A stretch of 49,844 nucleotides of DNA, taken from Rikenellaceae bacterium. GTDB lineage: Bacteria; Bacteroidota; Bacteroidia; Bacteroidales; Rikenellaceae. Position numbers and translations under genes: made by a program. The notes below the pieces were generated by a model. That model was not told where the DNA came from. It saw only the letters and a list, made by a program, of their open reading frames with translations, and ran no database searches. Location of the stretch: NCBI GenBank assembly GCA_029068395.1, contig JAIECQ010000152.1:1-49844 (forward strand), read 5' to 3'. Of the stretch, positions 9,090-19,203 are shown in pieces (the stretch's first letter is position 1; each line of letters opens with the position of its first letter).

Positions 9090-11204
9090 TTATATCTTTT
9101 TCAGCTGTATGCGTCCGCGTGCCTTGTCGACCGACAATATGCGCACTGTCACATGCTGGTGCAGCCTGACCACGGTTGACGGGTCGCTTATGTAACGGTC
9201 GGCCAGCTGCGATATGTGCACCAGTCCGTCTTGCTTGACGCCTATGTCGACGAATGCTCCGAAAGCGGTGATGTTGGTCACTATGCCCGGCACCTCCATG
9301 CCCTCGGCAAGGTCGTCGATGGAGCGGAGCCCGTCGGCAAACTCGAACGCCTCTATCTTGTCGCGCGGGTCACGTCCCGGCTTGGCCAGCTCGGCCATAA
9401 TGTCGCCTATGGTGGGCATGCCTATCTTGTCGGTGACATAGTTCTGGGGCACTATACGGGCCTGTAACGTCTTGTCGGCAACCAGTGAGGCGGTGTCGAC
9501 ACCCAGGTCGTGCGCCATGCGTTCCACCACAGGGTAGCTCTCGGGATGCACGGCGCTGTTGTCGAGGGGGTTGTCAGCGCCGGGTATGCGCATGAAGCCC
9601 GCGCATTGCTCGAAGGCCTTGGCGCCGAGGCGGGGCACCTGCCTGAGCTGGCGGCGGCTTTTGAAGGGTCCGTTTTGCGCGCGATAGTCGACAATGGCGG
9701 CGGCAAGGCTCTCGCCGATGCCGGAGACGTAACGCAGCAGGTGGCGCGAGGCGGTGTTGAGGTCGACACCCACGTTGTTGACGCAGCTTGCGACCACGCT
9801 GTCAAGCGACTCCTTGAGCTTGGCCTGGTCGACGTCGTGCTGGTATTGTCCCACGCCTATCGACTTGGGTTCTATCTTGACAAGCTCAGAGAGTGGGTCT
9901 ATGAGGCGGCGTCCTATTGATACCGACCCGCGCACCGTCACGTCATGGTCGGGAAACTCCTCGCGCGCCACTGCCGAGGCCGAATATACCGATGCGCCGT
10001 CTTCGCTGACCATGAAAACGCGGATACCCTCAGGCAGCCTCATCTCTTTTATCATGCGTTCGGTCTCGCGTCCCGCCGTGCCGTCGCCCACGGCCACCGC
10101 CTCGCACTTGTAACGCTCTATCAGTGAGCGCAGCGTTGACATTGTCTTTTCGCGTTCGTTCTGCGGCGGATGGGGGTAGACCGTCTGGTTGTGCAACAGC
10201 GAGCCGTCACTGTCGAGGCACACCACCTTGCAGCCGGTGCGGAAGCCGGGGTCTATGGCCAGCACGCGGCATGCGCCCAGCGGCGGCGACAGTAGCAGCT
10301 GGCGCAGGTTTTCGCCAAAGACGCGTATCGACTCGCCATCGGCACGCTCTTTGGCCTCGGCGATGGTCTCGTTTTCGATGGAGGGGCGCAGCAGACGCTT
10401 GTAACCGTCGCGTACGGCGGCGTCGACAAATGCGGCGGCCGGCTGACGCATGCCGGGAGCGAATGTGCGTGTTATGGTGTCTGAAATCTCGGCGTCGTCG
10501 ACCTGTATGCCCATCTTTATCACACCCTCGTCGGCGGCGCGCATAAGGGCCAGTAGGCGATGCGCAGGTATGCGTTTCAAAGGCTCGCTGAAGTCGAAGT
10601 AGTCTGAATATTTGGCGCCCTCCTGCTCTTTGCCTGACACAACCTTTGCCGTCACCGAGCCTTTGGTGGAGAAAATGCGTCGTACAGAGCCTCTTATGCG
10701 CACATTCTCAGCGACCCACTCGGCAATTATGTCTGAGGCTCCCGCCAGCGCCTCCTCTTCTGTGGTCACCTTGTCGCCAGTGAATCGTGATGCCGCACGT
10801 TCGGGGTCGGCGCCCTTCATTATCATGGCGGCCAACGGTTCAAGCCCCTTCTGGCGGGCTGCGGCGGCACGGGTGCGTCGCTTGGGCCTGTAGGGCAGAT
10901 AGAGGTCTTCAAGCTCTTTGGGGTCGGTGCATGCCTCTATGCGGGCTTTCAGCTGGTCGGTCAAGGCGCCGGCCCCAGCTATAGCCTCACACACCGTCAC
11001 CTTGCGCTTTTCAAGCTCGGTGAGAGCGCGGTACATGGCGGCAATGTCGCCTATGGTGACCTCGTCCATGCCGCCGGTGGCCTCCTTGCGGTAACGGCTC
11101 ACGAAAGGTATGGTGGCCGACTCCTCGAACAATAGACGGCAGAGGGCCGCAACGTGAGAGCTTTTACGCCCAGTTCTCTGTGAAATGATCTCTATTATAT
11201 TCAT
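9090..11204 (-). CDS. tex: Tex-like transcription accessory protein (YqgF/HhH/S1 domains)
   Basis: N-terminus ...ATIPFVSRYRKEATGGMDEV and a C-terminal S1 domain (GIVTNITAFGAFVDIGVKQDGLVHISQL). ATG at 11204 chosen (MNIIEIISQ...). Confidence 0.9.
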   Translation of the reverse strand: MNIIEIISQRTGRKSSHVAALCRLLFEESATIPFVSRYRKEATGGMDEVTIGDIAAMYRALTELEKRKVTVCEAIAGAGALTDQLKARIEACTDPKELEDLYLPYRPKRRTRAAAARQKGLEPLAAMIMKGADPERAASRFTGDKVTTEEEALAGASDIIAEWVAENVRIRGSVRRIFSTKGSVTAKVVSGKEQEGAKYSDYFDFSEPLKRIPAHRLLALMRAADEGVIKMGIQVDDAEISDTITRTFAPGMRQPAAAFVDAAVRDGYKRLLRPSIENETIAEAKERADGESIRVFGENLRQLLLSPPLGACRVLAIDPGFRTGCKVVCLDSDGSLLHNQTVYPHPPQNEREKTMSTLRSLIERYKCEAVAVGDGTAGRETERMIKEMRLPEGIRVFMVSEDGASVYSASAVAREEFPDHDVTVRGSVSIGRRLIDPLSELVKIEPKSIGVGQYQHDVDQAKLKESLDSVVASCVNNVGVDLNTASRHLLRYVSGIGESLAAAIVDYRAQNGPFKSRRQLRQVPRLGAKAFEQCAGFMRIPGADNPLDNSAVHPESYPVVERMAHDLGVDTASLVADKTLQARIVPQNYVTDKIGMPTIGDIMAELAKPGRDPRDKIEAFEFADGLRSIDDLAEGMEVPGIVTNITAFGAFVDIGVKQDGLVHISQLADRYISDPSTVVRLHQHVTVRILSVDKARGRIQLKKI

Positions 11205-11419
11205 ATAAAGTCTGTTTGACAAAACCACGGTTTCATGGGTGCCGCAGGGGTTTTGCCGGTGTGTTGTGGCCTGTCAATTTTTTTTACCGGAAAAAACATA
11301 CTATCTTTATAACCTTGAAATGCAGATACGCCTGTGGTGCGGTATGATAATTGCGGTCTGTAAAGTGCAGGCCGATAGCGATATATGGTGTGTATTTGCC
11401 AAATAACAACACAAATTTT

Positions 11420-13678
11420 ATGTCAAAGAAAGTAAAAAAAGAGTTTCAATCCAAAGAGGAGATTCTCAAAGCAATCAAATATCAGTTTCAGGAAGACCCG
11501 TTACGTGTGTTTACCACGCGCGATTTCACACGCATAAAGTCGTTGCGCGGGCTGACCATGGCGCAGTCTAAAGAGGCGCTCAGAACGCTGTTGTCTGACG
11601 GTTACATAACAAGTGTCGAAGATGACCGTTTTCGTGTCAATCCCGACGGGCGCGACCTCATCTCGGGCGAGGTGACGGGCATGACGCAGTATTGCTATTT
11701 TGTAAAGACCGATGCCATGGATGAGGATCTTGTGGTGGCCATGGAGAACGGCATGAACGCCCTTGTGGGCGACGTTGTCAACGTGGCATTGTTGAGCAAG
11801 CTGCGCCGCGGTCGCCGTCAGGGTGTGATAATGAAGATAGTGGAGCGTAAGAATAACCGTTTTGTCGGCGTGGTAGAGCGCTCGGAGCGTTACGCCTTTG
11901 TCGTGACCGACTCGCGGCGCATGCCCTTCGACATATTCGTGCCCATAGCCGACCTGCTCGGTGCCTCTGACGGCGAGAAGGTGCTGGTGGAGATTGTTTC
12001 GTGGGACCACGGCAACCGCACCCCCAACGGACGTGTGGTAAGCCGCTTCGGAGCCTCGGGCGACAACAATGCCGAGATGCACGCCATACTTGCCGAATAT
12101 GGTCTGCCATACAGGTTTGACGAGTCGATAGAGGCTGAGGCGGAAAAGATTCCCGAGTCCATAACAGACAAGGAGACGGAGGGACGACGCGACTTTACCG
12201 GCATAACCACCTTTACCATAGACCCCGACGATGCCAAGGACTTTGACGACGCCCTGTCGATACGTCGTCTTGACAACGGTCTGTGGGAGATAGGCGTGCA
12301 TATTGCCGACGTGACCCATTACGTCACCGAGGGTACATTGCTCGACAAGGAGGCGTTAGACCGTGCCACATCGGTCTATCTGGTAGACCGCGTGGTGCCC
12401 ATGTTGCCCGAGAGGCTCTCCAACGGGTTGTGCTCGCTGCGTCCGGGCGAGAAGAAGCTGTGCTTTTCCGCCGTATTCGAGATGAACGATGAGTGCGAGG
12501 TGTTGTCGGAGTGGTTCGGCCGGACTGTCATATATTCCGACCGCCGATTTACCTACGATGAGGCCCAGCAGGTGATAGAGACGGGCAAGGGCGACTTGGC
12601 CGAAGAGATAACCACCCTCAACCGTCTGGCTCTCAAGATGCGCGCCGACAGGTTCAAAAACGGCTCCATAGCCTTCGAGCGCGACGAACCCAAGTTCAGA
12701 TTAGACGATAAGGGGCATCCTACCGGTGTCTATTTCAAGGTGATGAAAGAGGCCAACCATCTTATAGAGGAGTTCATGCTGCTGGCCAATCGCCACGTGG
12801 CCCGCTTCATAGGTTCGCGCAAGAAGGGACGCGCCAAGGCCCCCACGTTCGTGTATCGTGTGCACGACAAGCCCAACGAAGAGAAGTATCAGGATTTCAG
12901 GACGTTTGCGTCCAAATTTGGCTACACCATTAAAGAGGCCACATCAGACCGTGCCATAGCACGCGAGCTCAACCGTTTCCTTGGCAAGATAAAGGGCAAA
13001 AAAGAGGAGAACCTATTCTCCATACTGGCCCTCAGGTCTATGGCCAAGGCTATCTATTCGGTCGACAACATAGGCCATTACGGCTTGGCGTTCGACTATT
13101 ACACCCACTTCACATCGCCCATCAGGCGTTATCCCGACATGATGGTGCACCGTCTGTTGCAGCACTATCTCGACGGCGGCAAATCGGCCGACCGCGACCA
13201 TTACGAGGAGCTGTGCCGTCACTCGTCAGAGCGTGAGGTAAGGGCTGCCGAAGCCGAGCGCGCCTCTATCAAGTACAAGATGGTGGAGTTCATGTCAGAC
13301 AAGATAGGTGCGGAGTTTGACGGCTTCATATCGGGCATCACCGACTGGGGCATATTCGTGGAGCTGGCCGACACCAAGATAGAGGGCATGGTGTCGGTGC
13401 GCGACATGACCGACGATACCTACAACTTCGACCAGGAGAATTACAGGCTGGTGGGTGTGCGCTCACGCCGCGTCATCATGCTGGGCGACGCCGTCAGGGT
13501 GCGTGTGTTGCGTGCCGACCTCAAACGCAAGCAGCTCGACTATGAGCTGGTGTCGCACAAAGATTACGCCACGGGCCGTGAGGTCTCTTTCGAGCCTGAC
13601 GATTTGCGCGGAAGCTCTGGCAGAAAGGGTGGCAAAGGCAAACGGCGCGATAAGAAGGAGGGCAAGAAAAAACGATAG
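11420..13678 (+). CDS. rnr: Ribonuclease R
   Basis: RNB domain motifs (TIDPDDAKDFDDALS, HYGLAFDYYTHFTSPIRRYPD), a C-terminal S1 domain and a basic K/R tail. ATG at 11420 (MSKKVKKEF) chosen over the TTG at 11351. Confidence 0.93.
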   Translation: MSKKVKKEFQSKEEILKAIKYQFQEDPLRVFTTRDFTRIKSLRGLTMAQSKEALRTLLSDGYITSVEDDRFRVNPDGRDLISGEVTGMTQYCYFVKTDAMDEDLVVAMENGMNALVGDVVNVALLSKLRRGRRQGVIMKIVERKNNRFVGVVERSERYAFVVTDSRRMPFDIFVPIADLLGASDGEKVLVEIVSWDHGNRTPNGRVVSRFGASGDNNAEMHAILAEYGLPYRFDESIEAEAEKIPESITDKETEGRRDFTGITTFTIDPDDAKDFDDALSIRRLDNGLWEIGVHIADVTHYVTEGTLLDKEALDRATSVYLVDRVVPMLPERLSNGLCSLRPGEKKLCFSAVFEMNDECEVLSEWFGRTVIYSDRRFTYDEAQQVIETGKGDLAEEITTLNRLALKMRADRFKNGSIAFERDEPKFRLDDKGHPTGVYFKVMKEANHLIEEFMLLANRHVARFIGSRKKGRAKAPTFVYRVHDKPNEEKYQDFRTFASKFGYTIKEATSDRAIARELNRFLGKIKGKKEENLFSILALRSMAKAIYSVDNIGHYGLAFDYYTHFTSPIRRYPDMMVHRLLQHYLDGGKSADRDHYEELCRHSSEREVRAAEAERASIKYKMVEFMSDKIGAEFDGFISGITDWGIFVELADTKIEGMVSVRDMTDDTYNFDQENYRLVGVRSRRVIMLGDAVRVRVLRADLKRKQLDYELVSHKDYATGREVSFEPDDLRGSSGRKGGKGKRRDKKEGKKKR

Positions 13679-13690
13679 GCAGACTTGATG

Positions 13691-13728
13691 CAGGCGCGTC
13701 CTTTGCGGGGCGCGTCTGTTTTTTTTTT
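13691..13728 (+). terminator. Terminator of rnr
   Basis: GC-rich stem of about 11 bp CAGGCGCGTCC/GGGGCGCGTCTG, followed by T10 (13719-13728). Confidence 0.85.
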
Positions 13729-13925
13729 GAAGCGTGGCTTTTGTGTTTTTTTGAAAAATATGTCGTGAAAAAAATCAGGATTATTTGGTTGTCAGGAAAA
13801 TAAAAGGTATATTTGTTTTGTAATCATGAGGCTGGTTTTGGCTTGAATGCCATTCTTGTTTGTGTGGCGGCTTATTTTTGAATGTCCTTTGAGTTAGCGG
13901 CAGTCTTTGGCAAAACTTTTGTATC

Positions 13926-14474
13926 ATGAAAAAAATTCTGTTTTTTATTCTTTTCGCCTTCACATGTAGCGGCGTCTACGCTCAAAATTACGAGCCTGAA
14001 TTTGATGGCGAGGTTGTCGGTGTGTATGCCGACGGGTCTTCTAAGAAGCTTGAAAAGCATACCGTGCAGATAAGGACCACCGCAGGGGTGTACATAGCGG
14101 GGTTTGCGGCGAGCAAGGTCAAGACCAAGGTGATGATAGACGGCGACAAGGCCGGGGTGCGCTTCAGTGCCGACGAGCCTATTGTGCTGATAGTGCGTGC
14201 CAAAGACAACAAGGCAGACCCCATGTCTATAGTGCGCGTGTTTAATATGAAGAGTACCAAAAAGAACCGTCAGGCGGTCATCGCTGCCGTGGGGTCGTTT
14301 TCGGTCGACTCCAACACAATGGATTACCTGCCTTTCACGGCAAAGAAATATGGCGAAAGCTCTTATGAACTGTCATTAGAGCGCCGACCCTCGGGCGAAT
14401 ATGGCATCATAGTGCAGAATCCCAACAATGTTGACGAGAAGATGGTCATCGTCTCTACATTCGGCATAGACTGA
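13926..14474 (+). CDS. Hypothetical secreted protein (signal peptide)
   Basis: MKKILFFILFAFTCSGVYAQ is a signal peptide. 182 aa with no motif I recognise. It stands alone between two terminator and promoter regions. Confidence 0.6.
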   Translation: MKKILFFILFAFTCSGVYAQNYEPEFDGEVVGVYADGSSKKLEKHTVQIRTTAGVYIAGFAASKVKTKVMIDGDKAGVRFSADEPIVLIVRAKDNKADPMSIVRVFNMKSTKKNRQAVIAAVGSFSVDSNTMDYLPFTAKKYGESSYELSLERRPSGEYGIIVQNPNNVDEKMVIVSTFGID

Positions 14475-14511
14475 TAGGGTGACATAAAGTAATGACAGGG
14501 CAAGGTGCGGC

Positions 14512-14868
14512 TTAGTTGCGTCTTGCCTTTTTTCTGTTTTCCATTATCACGGGTAAATTGACGCGTCCCCATTCCATCAGTGACATTATGCGGGGCATGA
14601 GGTCGGTGCCGAGCGGGGTGATGCGATATTCCGAACGTGGCGGCACCTCGGCGTACAACGTGCGTTCGACAAGTCCGTCGTCGACAAGACGGTGGAGTGT
14701 CGAGGCCAGCACCTTTTCCGAGACCGAGGGTATCTGACGGTATAACTCGTTGAACCGCATGGTGCCGGCCTCAGTCAGCCGAAGCAACACGACGAGCATC
14801 CATTTGTCGGCGAACCATTCGAGTACGGGGGCTGCCGGGCAATATTCATAGTCTAACTTTTTTGCCAT
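14512..14868 (-). CDS. HxlR-family transcriptional regulator
   Basis: 118 aa. CPAAPVLEWFADKWMLVVLLRL...RFNELYRQIPSVSEKVLASTLHRLVDDGLVERTLY is the HxlR winged-helix signature. Confidence 0.88.
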   Translation of the reverse strand: MAKKLDYEYCPAAPVLEWFADKWMLVVLLRLTEAGTMRFNELYRQIPSVSEKVLASTLHRLVDDGLVERTLYAEVPPRSEYRITPLGTDLMPRIMSLMEWGRVNLPVIMENRKKARRN

Positions 14869-14986
14869 GCCGATTGGTTGAAAATGAGCGGAACTAACCT
14901 CGTGGTAAGGATGTTACCTGTGGGTAAGTTGTTGGGTGGTATTGTTTTGCGGTGTAAATTTACATCGTAAAATTAATAAAAACAAC

Positions 14987-15877
14987 ATGATTCCGCAATT
15001 ACATTTCACAGGGCCGGTGTGGCGTCCGCCATACGAGGCCGACTCGCAACTGTTGCAACTGACCTCCGGGTGTTCGTGGCACAAGTGCAAGTTTTGTTCG
15101 CTCTATCACGGCACACGTTTCAGAATGTCGCCTTTGTCGGAGATAGAAGAGGATCTGAAAGTCATACGAGAGTTTCAGCCGCGCGCGCGGAGGGTCTATC
15201 TTACCGGGGCCAATCCGTTTGTGTTGAGCTATGACCGTCTGTTCGAAGTGGCGGTTCTTCTGCGTAAGTATCTTAGACACATGGAGTCGTTCGGGATGTT
15301 CGCCCGCGTGACCGATATTGCACCCAAGACGGTCGAGCAGTTGCGCAATCTGCGTCATCTGAGACTCGACGGCATCAATATAGGCATAGAGACGGGCGAT
15401 GACGAGACGCTGGCCCGCATGAACAAAGGGTATGTCGCCGCCGACATCATAGAACAGTTGGGAAAGTTGGAGCAGGCGGGCATACGTTACAATGTGGTCT
15501 GTATGTCGGGATTGGCCGGCAGGGGCGGGGGAGTGCGTAACGCCCGTAATACGGCTGAGGTGCTCAACAGATTGGCGCCGTATATAGTCAATGTGGTGTC
15601 GCTCACGGTTTTCCCCGAGTCGGAGCTTTACGGCATGGTGGAGACAGGGGAGTTTGAAGAGGCGACGGAGAGGGAGCGGCTTATGGAGGTGCGCACGTTG
15701 ATAGAGAGGCTGGAGATCGAGACCACGCTGTTGGGTAACACCGTCTCAAACGCGACGCCTTTCGTCGGTATGTTGCCGCAGGATAAAGCACGTCTTTTGA
15801 GAGAGTTCGACAGGGCTGTCGGGCAATGCGACGAGGGGCGATTGAGATGTTACAGAGAGAGTATAGATCACCTTTGA
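14987..15877 (+). CDS. Radical SAM protein, function unknown
   Basis: Cluster motif GCSWHKCKFCSLY (spacing CX4CX2C as read from the DNA) in a TIM-barrel-like context; 296 aa from the ATG at 14987. Divergent from the HxlR gene. Confidence 0.75.
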   Translation: MIPQLHFTGPVWRPPYEADSQLLQLTSGCSWHKCKFCSLYHGTRFRMSPLSEIEEDLKVIREFQPRARRVYLTGANPFVLSYDRLFEVAVLLRKYLRHMESFGMFARVTDIAPKTVEQLRNLRHLRLDGINIGIETGDDETLARMNKGYVAADIIEQLGKLEQAGIRYNVVCMSGLAGRGGGVRNARNTAEVLNRLAPYIVNVVSLTVFPESELYGMVETGEFEEATERERLMEVRTLIERLEIETTLLGNTVSNATPFVGMLPQDKARLLREFDRAVGQCDEGRLRCYRESIDHL

Positions 15878-15958
15878 GGTATGGGGTCGTTTGGATTTTT
15901 GTATGCTGTCAAAAGGGAATGCGGCTGCAAATTTTTTTGAAGATAAGAAAAATGTTAT

Positions 15959-15966
15959 TATATTTG
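15959..15966 (+). promoter_or_regulatory. -7 promoter box TATATTTG for gcvH-mdh
   Basis: Exact TAnnTTTG match 43 nt upstream of the gcvH ATG. Confidence 0.5.
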
Positions 15967-16008
15967 TGAACAAAATAACAATTTTATCGTTTAAACGAAT
16001 ATACAGTC

Positions 16009-16386
16009 ATGAATGTTCCTTCTAATTTGAAGTACTCCAACGACCACGAGTGGGTCAGAGTAGAGGGTGATGTGGCCTATGTGGGCATCACCGATTATGC
16101 GCAAAGCCAGCTCGGCGACATTGTGTTCGTCGATGTGACCACCACAGGCGAGACCCTTGCGCAGAACGATGTATTCGGCACCATAGAGGCTGTCAAGACC
16201 GTTTCAGACGCCTTCACACCCGTGTCGGGCGAGGTGATCGAGTTTAACGAGGCTCTTAACGACGCGCCTGAGACAGTCAACAAAGATCCGTACGGCGAGG
16301 GCTGGATGATCAAAGTGAAGATGAGCAATCCCGCAGAGCTTGAGGGGCTTCTCACTGACGAGGGTTACAAGGCTGTAATAGCGTAA
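16009..16386 (+). CDS. gcvH: Glycine cleavage system protein H
   Basis: 125 aa. HEWVR..., the lipoyl-lysine context IEAVKTVSD, and [10 protein letters not shown]. Confidence 0.95.
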   Translation: MNVPSNLKYSNDHEWVRVEGDVAYVGITDYAQSQLGDIVFVDVTTTGETLAQNDVFGTIEAVKTVSDAFTPVSGEVIEFNEALNDAPETVNKDPYGEGWMIKVKMSNPAELEGLLTDEGYKAVIA

Positions 16387-16425
16387 CCGTCTCAAGTTTT
16401 TAACGTTTATTTTCAATAGCATATC

Positions 16426-17394
16426 ATGGTAAATAAAGTTACAGTGGTAGGTGCCGGCAATGTCGGTGCCACATGTGCGCACGAGGTGGCGAGAATGGAT
16501 ATATGCAAAGAGGTGGTTATCGTCGATGTGAAAGACGGTGTGTCTCAGGGCAAAGGTCTCGATATGTGGCAGACAGCTCCCATATTGGGCTTCAACACCC
16601 GCATTACAGGCTCGACCAACGATTACTCTAAGACGGCAGGTTCTGATATCGTCGTTATAACGGCAGGTTTGCCCCGCAAGCCGGGCATGAGCCGCGACGA
16701 CCTTATCAACATCAATGCCGGTATAGTCAAAGAGGTGACCGAAAACATAATGAAATATAACGAGAACCCCATCATCATAGTGGTTTCCAATCCGTTGGAC
16801 GTGATGACCTATGCCGCTTTCTTAGCTTCGGGTCTTAAGTCTAACCGTGTGATGGGTATGGCCGGTATTCTCGACACGGCCCGTTATTGCGCGTTCATTG
16901 CCGACGAGCTTGGCACATCGCCCGAGCTTGTCAAGGCTCAGCTGATGGGCGGCCACGGTGATACCATGGTGCCGCTGCCCCGTCTGACAACAGTTTCGGG
17001 CATACCCGTCACCGAGCTTATAGGCAAAGAGAAACTCGACGCCATTGTCGAGAGAACCAAAAACGGCGGCGGCGAGATCGTCTCTCTTATGGGTACCTCG
17101 GCATGGTATGCGCCCGGACTGTCGGCAGCTATCATGGTGCAGGCCATAGCTAAAGACACCAAGGCCATATTGCCGGTGTGTGCCTCGCTCAACGGCGAGT
17201 ACGGTTACAAAGACCTTCACCTCGGGGTGCCTGTGGTGCTCGGCAAGGAGGGCGTAGAGAAGGTTGTGGAGCTGTCTCTCGATGCTGAAGAGAAGGCCCT
17301 GCTTGACGCTTCGGCACTTCATGTCAAGAAGATAATGAAGGTGCTTGACGATATGAACATGTTTTCTAAGAAATACGGAAGCGACACCCTTTAG
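16426..17394 (+). CDS. mdh: Malate dehydrogenase (LDH-like family)
   Basis: KVTVVGAGNVGATCA Rossmann motif, ITAGLPRKPGMSRDDL and MGGHGDTMVP; 322 aa. Confidence 0.93.
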   Translation: MVNKVTVVGAGNVGATCAHEVARMDICKEVVIVDVKDGVSQGKGLDMWQTAPILGFNTRITGSTNDYSKTAGSDIVVITAGLPRKPGMSRDDLININAGIVKEVTENIMKYNENPIIIVVSNPLDVMTYAAFLASGLKSNRVMGMAGILDTARYCAFIADELGTSPELVKAQLMGGHGDTMVPLPRLTTVSGIPVTELIGKEKLDAIVERTKNGGGEIVSLMGTSAWYAPGLSAAIMVQAIAKDTKAILPVCASLNGEYGYKDLHLGVPVVLGKEGVEKVVELSLDAEEKALLDASALHVKKIMKVLDDMNMFSKKYGSDTL

Positions 17395-17424
17395 TTTTTC
17401 CGTGCGATTGATATAACCGATGTC

Positions 17425-17466
17425 CCGGCCGCTCTTTTTACGGAAAGAGTAGGCCGGTTTTTTTTT
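17425..17466 (+). terminator. Terminator of mdh
   Basis: Stem CCGGCC(g)CTCTTT / AAAGAG(ta)GGCCGG followed by T9. Confidence 0.85.
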
Positions 17467-17570
17467 ATCGGCGCCCCTGAGAACGCGTTTTATGCCGCAG
17501 TAGGGCGCGTGAAGATTGTCGGGCGACTGAGAATAATTGTGCCGGAATTTTCAGAATGATTAAAAATGTT

Positions 17571-17578
17571 TACATTTG
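17571..17578 (+). promoter_or_regulatory. -7 promoter box TACATTTG for the 17625-20766 operon
   Basis: Exact TAnnTTTG match 47 nt upstream of the GTG at 17625. Confidence 0.45.
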
Positions 17579-17624
17579 TAACAGGAAGGAGATATAAGAT
17601 TGTAATAAATAAAGGAACTAAGAA

Positions 17625-19199
17625 GTGCTGGGTAGATTATCTATAGGCAGGCCGGTTGCAGGTGCGGTCATGCTTTTATCTTTGTTATGGTCTTGCAATC
17701 CGGTTGACGATTTCAAAGACCTCAGTCTTGGGGTAAATACATCGTTGCCTGTGGGCGGTATCGATTTCAGTCAGGCGAGCCTGTTTGAGCTTTCGGGTGT
17801 CGACACCAATATTGTGAGGTATGACCCGGAGGGTGTCATGGTCATTGTTGACAGCATAGGGCTGGACCTGATGAATGAAGGTCAGTTTGATGAGGTGCTG
17901 TCGTTTGATTTTCCGAAAGTGAGGCTCGATACAGATGATTTCATTCCCGACATATCACGGTTGTCGGGGTTAGATGCCGGCATAGAGATACCTGAAAAGA
18001 GGGTGGTCGAGAAACTTGATATGCCGGGTGACGAACGTCTCTCGAAGGTGAAACTGAGTGCCGGCAGCCTGCGCTTCTCGGACGGCGGGGCTTTGAGCGG
18101 GCTTGTGTGCAAGGTTGAGAATGTGTTTGATGTGTCGGGCAATCCGATAGAGATAAGGGCGGGTCAAGTTGTCGACCTTGCCGGATGTACCATAAAACCC
18201 TCTGACGGCAACAGCATGGCGTTTGTGTTCAGCGGCACGGTCTATCCGTCGGCCTCGCTCGGGGTGGAGCTGTCGTTTGATAATGTGAAGATATTCTCGG
18301 CGCGTGGATATTTCGGCCGCAAGGAGATAACTCCCGCCATGACCACCATCACCATAGACGAGAGCATAAACGATTTTCTGGGTAATGTCGACTCTATTTA
18401 CCTTGCCGACCCCTCGATAACCATCAACTTCAAGAACACTTTCGTGCTTCCGGTGGCAGTGATATTGACGAGTCTGAAGGCTGACGGACGCGATATTTTA
18501 CTTGACGACGGTTATGGCAAGACCCGTTTCTATGTTGGCGAGGGCGTGTCGAGCATCGTGATAGACAACAGCATAACCGCCAACGGCACGGGCATCTCTG
18601 ACATGTTGACCAAAGACCTGCGCACTGTAGAGTTTCTGTTCAGCATCATAACCAACCCCTCGTATGAAGACCTGATGGTATCTCAGGGCACCTTGCCCGA
18701 GGTGCAAGAGAATTATTACGACCGCACATGCGCGATTGACGGCTCGTTGGTTTTGGCAATGCCTCTTTACGGGGTGTTTGACAACATATCTTACAGCGAC
18801 ACTTACGACATGGATCTTGACTTGGGTTTAGATTTCAAGAAGGCGCAACTGGCCATAACCGGCAGCAACTATTTCCCGTTACAGCTGACACTCGACCTTG
18901 TAGGGGTGACCGTGCAGGGTCAGGAGAAGCCTTTTGCCATGGACAGGATAGTGATACCGTCGACAGAGAACAACCTGCCCATGTCTATGGCAACGCCTGT
19001 TGTGATAGACCAGAGCAACTACATATTGGTGGAGCTTAATCCGGAGGTGCTCAACGACATTGCCAATATCGACAAGATGCGCTTCAAGATAAGCGCCTCG
19101 TCGCTCGACGCCTCTAATAGGCGCAATGTCAAGATTTATAAAGATTCGAGACTCAAACTGAACCTTGCGATAGGCATAAATGGTGTTATAAACAACTAA
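17625..19199 (+). CDS. Uncharacterised lipoprotein (524 aa)
   Basis: N-terminus MLGRLSIGRPVAGAVMLLSLLWSC has a lipobox-like LLWSC. GTG start. No catalytic motif recognised. Separated by 4 nt from the next gene. Confidence 0.6.
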   Translation: MLGRLSIGRPVAGAVMLLSLLWSCNPVDDFKDLSLGVNTSLPVGGIDFSQASLFELSGVDTNIVRYDPEGVMVIVDSIGLDLMNEGQFDEVLSFDFPKVRLDTDDFIPDISRLSGLDAGIEIPEKRVVEKLDMPGDERLSKVKLSAGSLRFSDGGALSGLVCKVENVFDVSGNPIEIRAGQVVDLAGCTIKPSDGNSMAFVFSGTVYPSASLGVELSFDNVKIFSARGYFGRKEITPAMTTITIDESINDFLGNVDSIYLADPSITINFKNTFVLPVAVILTSLKADGRDILLDDGYGKTRFYVGEGVSSIVIDNSITANGTGISDMLTKDLRTVEFLFSIITNPSYEDLMVSQGTLPEVQENYYDRTCAIDGSLVLAMPLYGVFDNISYSDTYDMDLDLGLDFKKAQLAITGSNYFPLQLTLDLVGVTVQGQEKPFAMDRIVIPSTENNLPMSMATPVVIDQSNYILVELNPEVLNDIANIDKMRFKISASSLDASNRRNVKIYKDSRLKLNLAIGINGVINN

Positions 19200-19203
19200 G
19201 ACG

